Origin: Hallella mizrahii
GTDB lineage: Bacteria > Bacteroidota > Bacteroidia > Bacteroidales > Bacteroidaceae
Length of the DNA: 32,000 nt
Reading direction: 5' to 3'
Assembly (NCBI RefSeq): GCF_009695775.1
Contig: NZ_VUNG01000009.1
Span: 5,181-37,180 of the forward strand
The notes beneath the pieces were generated by a model that was given only the letters and a program-made list of their open reading frames with translations, ran no database searches and was not told the origin of the DNA. How positions within the stretch are numbered: position 1 is the first letter of the stretch; every line of letters starts with the position of its first letter. Shown here one piece after another: positions 25,594 to 32,000 of this stretch. Made by a program: the position numbers and the translations under genes.

Positions 25594-26018
25594 ACACGGT
25601 CAAAGTACCTTTTTGATCACTAAAAACGGGCGTTTTGGCGAAGTAAACAGCTAATTTTGACAAGTAAAAAAGTGGATTATCGAAGTAAAATCACATAAAT
25701 CGCTAATATACAAGCAATTATGAAAAAATCTCCATTTTGGGCTTCTTTTCGGCCAACACCCATGTTGCTTCTGAAAATCGTCGAAAAATTGGCCGAAAAA
25801 TGTCAGTTTACACGACAAAATAAAACAAGGGGGACAAGAATACAAAAATAGGCAGATGCAGTAACGAACGCTCCTTAAAGGATGCTCCATTACCACATCT
25901 GCCTATTCTGCGACAATATGTGTTTACTATGTTACTCTGTCTTATGACAAGGCGTCGCTCTGTATGCCTACTATGCAATCTGTCTTATAACGAGCCGAGA
26001 CATTGACTTTTTACTCTG

Positions 26019-27821
26019 TCATCTTCCGAGCCATGCCTCGGGATTGAGCTTTGTTCTCTCCTTGCGCAGTTGGAACTGCAGGATATGATCAGGGCCGACA
26101 GTGCCGAGGATCTGCCGTGTGCGTACCTTCTGTCCACGGCTGACGCTCACCGATCTGAGGTTGCAGTAGACCGAGATATAGGCACCGTGGCGCACCATCA
26201 CCACCATACTGCCACCATAACCGATGACAGCGCTGACCTCACCATCGTAAACACAACGTGCCTGCGCGCCGGGGCCGCCCATGATATTGATGCCCTTGTT
26301 GTCGAGCGTCACGCCTTTCAATCCGTCAACATTGTACTGTCCGAAGTGGCTCACGATGCGATAGTTGCCCGTGATCGGCATTGGCAGTCGTCCGCGGTTG
26401 GCTTCGAAGCCATTGTTCATCATGCGGTCGACGGTAGAGAATTGCTGCGCCTCCTGGTTCTGCTGTTGCACGTGCTTGATCTCCTGCTGAGCGCGTTGTG
26501 CATCGACCCGCTGTTTCAGCTCAGCAGCCCGTCGCATAGACTCCGCCTCACGGGCAGCCTGCTCCGCAGCCGCCTTCCGAGCCTCAGCCTCACGCTCCGC
26601 TGCCTCGCGTGCTGCCAACTCCCGTGCCGCAGCCTGCTGAGCCGCACGCTCACTGGCCAACGCCTTTGCGGCGGCTTCCTGACGGGCCTTGGCCGCGGCC
26701 GCCTCACGGGCACGCTGGGCAGCAGCCTCTGCCAAGGCAGCCTGACGGGCTTGTTCCTTGAGCTGAGCCTCACGCTGGCGTGCCTCAGCAATACGGCGAG
26801 CGTTCTCGCGGGCAGCGGCCTCCGCGGCCGCCTTCTTCTGTGCTAGAAGAGCAGCACGCTGTTTGGCGGCGGCCTCCGCGGCGGCTTTGCGTTTCGCCTC
26901 GGCGGCAGCACGGGCGCGCACCTTCTGCACTTCTATCTCCACGAGCTGGTCGATCTTGGCATTGAGTGCGGCGTCTTTCTTATGCTGTTCAGCGATGATG
27001 GTCTGTATCGTCTTTTGCTGTTGCTGCAAGCTCGCCACCACCTGCTGCTGCTCAGCCTTGTTGCCTTCGAGTTTATGCTTCTCCTGCTGTCCCTTATATA
27101 ATAAGGTGTTTTTCTGTCCTTTGACGTGCTGTAGCTGACGATGCTTGTCATTGACCTGTCCCTGCTTGGCTCTGACAGCCTCGCCTTGCGCCCTCTGGTA
27201 CTGAGCATACTCACGTACGAAGCGCAGGCGTCGGTACATCTGATAGAAGTTCTTCGCTGAGAAAATAAACATCAGCCGGTCCTGCACCGAGCGGTGGCGC
27301 GCCATATAGCGCATCGATTTGATGTATTTCTGCTGCCGGTCGCGCAATTGCTGCTGCAAGGTCTTCAGCTGCGAGTTGAGGATGCCAATGTTTCCCTCGA
27401 TATGATGGATGTCTTTTTGTATACCTTCGATATTGTGCTGTCGCTGATCGATTTCGCCATTGATAACCATCAGGTGCTGCAGCCGCTCAGCGACATCAGC
27501 CTTGTTTTTCTTCAAAGCGGCTTCCTGCTCCCTTATCTTCTTCTGTATGGCCGCCCGCTGGTTTTGCAGTCCACGGATAGAAGCATTGGTGTAGACCTTG
27601 GCATTGCTGGATTTTGTCGCAGACCGAGCGTTTTTTCGTCCATTTCTCCGGCTGTTGCTGCTCTTTGCCTTTGTGTGTGTAGAAGCAGTTGTCGCCGTCT
27701 TCCGACGCGACATCTGCTCTGTGCGGCTGTTTTTCCGCTCCGTTGCAGTCTTGCGTCGGTTTTGCGCGTTCAGAGTGAGCACGAGGCTCACGGTAATCAT
27801 TAAAGTGACTATTCGTCTCAT
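26019..27821 (-). CDS. EnvC-like murein hydrolase activator: signal peptide, coiled coil, long Ala/Glu/Arg/Gln-rich region, and a degenerate LytM (M23) domain
   Basis: 600 aa. Coiled-coil heptads (IEGIQKDIHHIEGNIGILNSQLKTLQQQL). The C-terminal M23 fold is recognisable, but the metal-ligand positions are substituted: LDNKGINI replaces HxGxD, VYCNL replaces YxHL, and ILQFQL replaces HLHFE. Confidence 0.85.
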   Translation of the reverse strand: MRRIVTLMITVSLVLTLNAQNRRKTATERKNSRTEQMSRRKTATTASTHTKAKSSNSRRNGRKNARSATKSSNAKVYTNASIRGLQNQRAAIQKKIREQEAALKKNKADVAERLQHLMVINGEIDQRQHNIEGIQKDIHHIEGNIGILNSQLKTLQQQLRDRQQKYIKSMRYMARHRSVQDRLMFIFSAKNFYQMYRRLRFVREYAQYQRAQGEAVRAKQGQVNDKHRQLQHVKGQKNTLLYKGQQEKHKLEGNKAEQQQVVASLQQQQKTIQTIIAEQHKKDAALNAKIDQLVEIEVQKVRARAAAEAKRKAAAEAAAKQRAALLAQKKAAAEAAARENARRIAEARQREAQLKEQARQAALAEAAAQRAREAAAAKARQEAAAKALASERAAQQAAARELAAREAAEREAEARKAAAEQAAREAESMRRAAELKQRVDAQRAQQEIKHVQQQNQEAQQFSTVDRMMNNGFEANRGRLPMPITGNYRIVSHFGQYNVDGLKGVTLDNKGINIMGGPGAQARCVYDGEVSAVIGYGGSMVVMVRHGAYISVYCNLRSVSVSRGQKVRTRQILGTVGPDHILQFQLRKERTKLNPEAWLGR

Positions 27822-28721
27822 TTACATGCTGAGTATTTTACCAAAAACATCCTTTACGTCCATCTGCTTATAGCGGTCCGACACCGTTGACTGTTCCTCC
27901 CAGTCGCTGTCGGTCTTGAACTTTCCCAACTCCAGTCTGACGGTGCACTTCTGCGTTTTCTTCGTTGCTGTCGTGGTGAAAGAGAAAGACTGCGTGGCAG
28001 GGAACATCTTATTGCCAAGTGCCTTGAAGTCGGAGTAGAGCCACACCAGCGAAGAATTGCCGTGTACCGCACTCTTATAGTTGACGTCAGTCTGCAAGAT
28101 ACGTGCACTGGCCGTGTCGGCTTTCCACGTAAAGGTCATGTTGCCGTTTTGCAGCGTGATGGGTCTGAGAGTGCCCATTTCATCGGTTTTCACCGTATAT
28201 CTCGACAGATCGCCCTCACCCACCTTCTGTGTTCCCGGGAGGAAGAGCTGATTCCAGAACAGTGCCTGAAGGGAATAGAAGTTCAGACCATTGTCGCGGA
28301 GGAAGTCCAACTGGTTGTAGTCGCCCTTGAGATACTCTTTGTGCATCCGGTCGATGACCAGCACGTAGTTGGGCGTAAACTCCAGACGTCCCACCTCACT
28401 GCCCAAGAGCGGGATGAAGAGCTGCAAGCGGATCACCTTGTCGCGGCGCATGTGCAAGGACCCGGGCACGGTGATCTCCTTATCACCCATGGTTGCAGTG
28501 AACGTCATGGAGCTGACAATGTTCTGGGCATACACCTTTTGGTCGCTGACGCGCTGCACAAAAGCCAGACTCTGAAGATGGTCGGCTTTAGCAGTTTTGG
28601 GAGTTGCCTTGGAGGCAGAGGACAAGGTCACCGTGTCCTTGACGGCAGCCTTTTGTGCGCCACAAGACGTAAACGCCATCAGTCCGGCGAAGAGCGTGAG
28701 AAAGATATGAGTTTTCTTCAT
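27822..28721 (-). CDS. DUF4292-family lipoprotein
   Basis: Start taken at MKKTHIFLTLFAGLMAFTSCGAQ (ATG 28721; lipobox FTSC). Its stop codon abuts the ATG of the downstream gene (TAAATG). The conserved dut-TPR-DUF4292-M23 gene order of Bacteroidota supports the call. Confidence 0.75.
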   Translation of the reverse strand: MKKTHIFLTLFAGLMAFTSCGAQKAAVKDTVTLSSASKATPKTAKADHLQSLAFVQRVSDQKVYAQNIVSSMTFTATMGDKEITVPGSLHMRRDKVIRLQLFIPLLGSEVGRLEFTPNYVLVIDRMHKEYLKGDYNQLDFLRDNGLNFYSLQALFWNQLFLPGTQKVGEGDLSRYTVKTDEMGTLRPITLQNGNMTFTWKADTASARILQTDVNYKSAVHGNSSLVWLYSDFKALGNKMFPATQSFSFTTTATKKTQKCTVRLELGKFKTDSDWEEQSTVSDRYKQMDVKDVFGKILSM

Positions 28722-28725
28722 GATT

Positions 28726-30531
28726 TTATCTTCTGTTTTTTCGTTTACTGGTTTGTTTTCCTGCCATTCCACCGGCAATCTTTTGTCGCAGTACGGCGGC
28801 ATTGCCGCTACCAGCCTTCACAGCCTGCATCCAATATTTCTGTGCTTGCTCACGCAGTCCGGCTGCCCAATAGATGTCTCCGGCATGCTCCAACAGGTCA
28901 GCGCGCATGTCAGAGTCAGAGAGATTGGCCAAAGCCTGGTCGATATAAAGTTTGGCTTCAGTATAGCGGTCTTCCTTATATAATATCCAGGCATAGGTGT
29001 CGAGATAGGTCGAATTTTTCGGTTCGGCCTTGATGGTCTTGGCACTCATCTCCTCGGCCTTTTTGAGATCTTTGCCATCAACACTCAAGAAGTAGGCATA
29101 GTTGTTGAGCGTCATCACCTGGTCGGGCTTCCACTGCAGGCAACTGTCAAACGCGGCGTAAGCTTTGTCGTTCTGTCCTTTGTTGTGATAGATCTCTCCC
29201 ATGATGGCATAGAAGTCGCTTACGATGTCGGGATTGCTCTTGGAGTTGATCACGGAAGTACCGCGTTGGAAGGCATCCAAGGCACCGTCATCGTCCTTCT
29301 GATAGTAGCGCGCGAGCCCCGTGAAGTAATAAAACGCCATCTCATCGGGATTATAGAGCATACCCGGCTCGCTGAGCGCGGCAATCTCCTTCCAGTTTTG
29401 CTTTGACCAATTGTTTTGGATGAGCTGGAAACGGGCACTGCCGTTGTCGGGTGCAAGCTTCAGGAGGTAGACGAGCGCGCTGTCGAGCATCGCCGTCGGC
29501 ATCTTCTTGACCGTGTAGTAAGCTACGCGCATCTCTGCCACGTCAGTGTCGCGGGGCATCGCCTCCTGCATGCGGTCGAGCAGTCTCACCACGCTGAGGG
29601 AGTCACCCTTGGCGTCGCACTCCTGCACGGCCTGCTTGAGAAACATGGCGCGCGTCTGTGCCGGTGTGTTCTTGCCCAAGAGTACTTCGGTCATCATCCG
29701 GCGGGCAAGAGAATCCTGACCCGTGGCACGGTAATAGTCATACATGGAACTCTGGGCATAGACATTGGTGGGATCGGCTTTCAACACCTGTGTGAGAAGT
29801 TTATAAGCCTCGCCGCCGCGTTTGTTCTGCATGAGCCAGTTGCCCAACATCACGGTGAAACTGGGATCATTGGGATGGCTGTCGGCAAGTCCTCTCAGTG
29901 TTTTATATGCCATCTTCTTATCTCCCATCATCTCGTAGACACTCATCTTGCCCAGCGTGAAAGAGTCGTTGGGTCCCTCGATCTGTTCGAGTCGTCCGAT
30001 GGTATTGAGCATCATCGGATAGTTCTGCTGCTGTTTGTAGAGTTGGACGAGGATGTTCAGCACATCGCTGCGGTCGCGGTTGGCGGCAAAGAATCGCTCG
30101 TAGGACTGGATAGCCTGGGCGTAGTTGCCGGTGCCAATATAGAACTGGGCGAGCCGCTCTTGGTAGGTGTCGTTCTCCGGACTGAGCATTGTGGCCTTTT
30201 CGAGACATTTCATCGCCAGTGTGTCTTGCTTGAGTTGGGAGAGATACATGGCTTTGAAATACCACGCGTCAGCCGCGTTGGGATTGATGTCAAGACAATG
30301 GTTGAGCAAGTCAAAGGCTGCATCATAGTGTCCTGCCTCTTGCTGGCGGATCGCCTCCAGGAAGAAGAAGTCATACCGGCGGCTGTCGTTATAGCTCAAC
30401 GGCGGCAGGGTGACAGTCGTCCTGACCGTTGCTTTCTTGGCTGCGGGCCGCTTGCGGTCCTTGGCGGCAAGCAAGCCCGGCACGAGCAACAGAATGAAAA
30501 GACTGAAAAGAAAGATGCGAAGTTGCTTCAT
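28726..30531 (-). CDS. Tetratricopeptide-repeat (TPR) protein with signal peptide
   Basis: 601 aa. N-terminus MKQLRIFLFSLFILLLVPGLLAA. Many TPR-like helical repeats, for example YDAAFDLLNHCLDINPNAADAWYFKAMYL and GNYAQAIQSYERFFAAN. Confidence 0.85.
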   Translation of the reverse strand: MKQLRIFLFSLFILLLVPGLLAAKDRKRPAAKKATVRTTVTLPPLSYNDSRRYDFFFLEAIRQQEAGHYDAAFDLLNHCLDINPNAADAWYFKAMYLSQLKQDTLAMKCLEKATMLSPENDTYQERLAQFYIGTGNYAQAIQSYERFFAANRDRSDVLNILVQLYKQQQNYPMMLNTIGRLEQIEGPNDSFTLGKMSVYEMMGDKKMAYKTLRGLADSHPNDPSFTVMLGNWLMQNKRGGEAYKLLTQVLKADPTNVYAQSSMYDYYRATGQDSLARRMMTEVLLGKNTPAQTRAMFLKQAVQECDAKGDSLSVVRLLDRMQEAMPRDTDVAEMRVAYYTVKKMPTAMLDSALVYLLKLAPDNGSARFQLIQNNWSKQNWKEIAALSEPGMLYNPDEMAFYYFTGLARYYQKDDDGALDAFQRGTSVINSKSNPDIVSDFYAIMGEIYHNKGQNDKAYAAFDSCLQWKPDQVMTLNNYAYFLSVDGKDLKKAEEMSAKTIKAEPKNSTYLDTYAWILYKEDRYTEAKLYIDQALANLSDSDMRADLLEHAGDIYWAAGLREQAQKYWMQAVKAGSGNAAVLRQKIAGGMAGKQTSKRKNRR

Positions 30532-30541
30532 GTTATCTTTG

Positions 30542-30979
30542 TTATTTTACACCGGTATGTCCATATCCTCCCTCGCCGCGCTCGGTTTCATCGAGCACTT
30601 CCACGCTTTCAAACGTAGCTTTGGCATATTGGGCGATGACCATCTGGGCAATACGCTCCCCGTCTTTCACCACGAAGTCCTCGTTGGAGAAATTGACGAG
30701 CAGCACCATGATCTCGCCGCGATAGTCAGCGTCTACGGTGCCAGGAGTGTTGAGCACGGTGATGCCATGCTTCAACGCCAGACCGCTGCGCGGACGAACC
30801 TGTGCCTCGTAGCCGTCAGGCAAGGCAATGTGAAGGCCCGTAGGCACTAAGCGACGCTCCAAAGGATGCAGCGTGATCGGCGCCTCGATGTTGGCGCGCA
30901 AGTCCAGACCGGCGCTCTGAGGGGTAGCGTAGGCTGGTAAGGGCTGATGACCCGTGTTGACTACTTTGATTTTAACCAT
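30542..30979 (-). CDS. dut: dUTP diphosphatase
   Basis: Start at ATG 30979 (MVKIKVVN...); the ORF-track start at 31000 is TTG. All dUTPase motifs are present: [50 protein letters not shown]. Confidence 0.95.
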   Translation of the reverse strand: MVKIKVVNTGHQPLPAYATPQSAGLDLRANIEAPITLHPLERRLVPTGLHIALPDGYEAQVRPRSGLALKHGITVLNTPGTVDADYRGEIMVLLVNFSNEDFVVKDGERIAQMVIAQYAKATFESVEVLDETERGEGGYGHTGVK

Positions 30980-31068
30980 ATTAGATGCAAAATTAAGCAA
31001 TTATCCCCACATTGCTTTATTTTTTTGATTAAAAAGACGAAAATCGTTGGATAGAAGACGAAGAAAGA

Positions 31069-31076
31069 GTAACTTT
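31069..31076 (+). promoter_or_regulatory. Candidate -7 box TAACTTTG for dgt
   Basis: taactttg lies 27 nt upstream of the ATG at 31103. Confidence 0.4.
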
Positions 31077-31102
31077 GCGAGAAAACACTCAGCAACAACG
31101 AC

Positions 31103-32000
31103 ATGAACTGGCAACAACTGATCTCTAACAAGCGTCTCGGGCAGGAACTGCGCCATCCGCTCAGACACGACGCGCGCTCGGAGTTTAAGCGCGACGGCGA
31201 CCGCCTGATCTACTCCGCGCCTTTCCGAAGACTACAAAACAAGACGCAGGTGTTCCCGCTTCCGGGCAGTATCTTTGTGCACAACCGTCTCACCCACTCT
31301 CTGGAGGTGAGCTCGCTCGGAAAATCCTTAGGCGATGACGTGGCGCGACAACTCATTGAGAAGCATCCTGAACTCAGAGGTACGCTCTTTGAGGAAATCG
31401 GCACCATCGTGCAAACGGCCGGGCTGGCTCACGACATGGGCAATCCGCCCTTCGGACACTCAGGCGAGAAGGCTATACAGACTTACTTCTCCGAGGGTGA
31501 GGGAAGCTATTTGAAGGAGAAGGTAAGCCCCGGTTTCTGGGACGATCTGACACACTTCGAGGGCAACGCCAACGCTTTCCGACTGCTGACTCACCGCTTT
31601 GTGGGACGACGACCGGGAGGATACGCGATGACCTACTCCACGCTGGCCTCGATCGTGAAGTATCCTTTTGCCAGCAGCATGGCGGGAGAGCATGGCAAGT
31701 TTGGATTTTTCCAAAGCGAGGCAGAGGTGTTTCGCCGGATAGCCACTGAGCTCGGCATGATATGCAACAATGAAAACAGGTCGCAACTAAGCTACTGCCG
31801 CTACCCACTCGTCTACTTGATGGAGGCGGCCGACGACATCTGCTATGAGATCATGGACATTGAGGACTCGCACAAACTGAAGATTCTGACCTTTGCGGAA
31901 ACCTCTGACCTGTTGCTCGGATTCTTTGACGAGGACGGGCGAAACCACATCCTGCAGCGGCTGAAAGACGAGGATGTGACAGATCGCAACGAGCAGATCG
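31103..32000 (+). CDS. dgt: dGTPase-family triphosphohydrolase (HD domain), 5' part; continues beyond the window
   Basis: Not in the ORF track because there is no stop in the window. My translation reads MNWQQLISNKRLGQELRHPLRHDARSEFKRDGDRLIYSAPFRRLQNKTQVFPLPGSIFVHNRLTHSLEVSSLG...AHDMGNPPFGHSGE...YLMEAADDICY. This is the canonical Dgt-family block order. Confidence 0.9.
   Translation, partial: MNWQQLISNKRLGQELRHPLRHDARSEFKRDGDRLIYSAPFRRLQNKTQVFPLPGSIFVHNRLTHSLEVSSLGKSLGDDVARQLIEKHPELRGTLFEEIGTIVQTAGLAHDMGNPPFGHSGEKAIQTYFSEGEGSYLKEKVSPGFWDDLTHFEGNANAFRLLTHRFVGRRPGGYAMTYSTLASIVKYPFASSMAGEHGKFGFFQSEAEVFRRIATELGMICNNENRSQLSYCRYPLVYLMEAADDICYEIMDIEDSHKLKILTFAETSDLLLGFFDEDGRNHILQRLKDEDVTDRNEQI

Noticed and set aside
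25651-25896. 81-aa minus-strand ORF in the non-coding tail
   Set aside because: Its Cys/Phe-rich sequence is implausible. It spans two hairpins and an AT-rich tract, has no start context and no family resemblance. A 43-aa plus-strand frame starting at 25718 was dismissed as well.
29416-30618. 400-aa plus-strand ORF (also 28062-29033, 26070-26846, 18958-19743, 9378-10088, 13411-14052 and 14164-14637)
   Set aside because: All are antisense shadow ORFs opposite well-supported minus-strand genes: TPR, DUF4292, EnvC-like, prfB, glpC, Spy-like and DUF4252. They are common in moderate-to-high-GC coding DNA and none contains a recognisable motif.
1-32000. tRNA, rRNA, tmRNA or riboswitch-like elements
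   Set aside because: I recognised no cloverleaf-like, rRNA-like or familiar riboswitch sequence by eye in the intergenic regions. This is not an exhaustive search, and tRNAscan-SE or Infernal should be run.

Overview
This is a densely coding chromosomal window from a Bacteroidota genome, probably Prevotella or another Bacteroidales. Supporting this, TAnnTTTG -7 promoter boxes sit about 27-32 nt upstream of several ATGs, there are no Shine-Dalgarno sites, and DUF4292-, DUF4252- and DUF4890-type genes are present. From left to right the window contains: a truncated PlsC-like acyltransferase; a DeoR/GlpR-type regulator; a small hypothetical gene; and a conserved beta-helix-like lipoprotein. Next comes a minus-strand glycerol catabolism locus (glpA-glpB-glpC, then glpK-glpF) followed by a signal-peptide HAD phosphatase and an OprO/P-like porin. 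After that come a Spy/ZraP-like periplasmic protein with a Cys/His-rich tail, a DUF4252 protein, and two tandem SNF-family Na+ symporter paralogs. These are followed by VanZ-like and CYTH genes in convergent overlap, a tail-anchored mini-protein, prfB (no frameshift), a long-chain acyl-CoA synthetase, and an M20 deacylase. The window ends with the dut-TPR-DUF4292-EnvC-like operon and the 5' part of dgt. The outstanding region is 23.2-26.0 kb. An intact Y1/HUH IS200/RAYT-like transposase gene is followed immediately by three about 98%-identical tandem 547-bp units built almost entirely of nested hairpins. Each unit holds a roughly 310-bp module with overall dyad symmetry, bracketed by 22-nt inverted hairpin ends. 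About 600 bp of further non-coding DNA follows, containing a perfect 58-bp zero-spacer palindrome. In total about 2.3 kb lacks any credible CDS. I read this as a candidate RAYT/REP-like (or IS200/IS605 PATE-like) system with unusually large, structured, tandemly amplified units. It could alternatively be an array of structured RNAs. No rRNA, tRNA or CRISPR array was recognised by eye.
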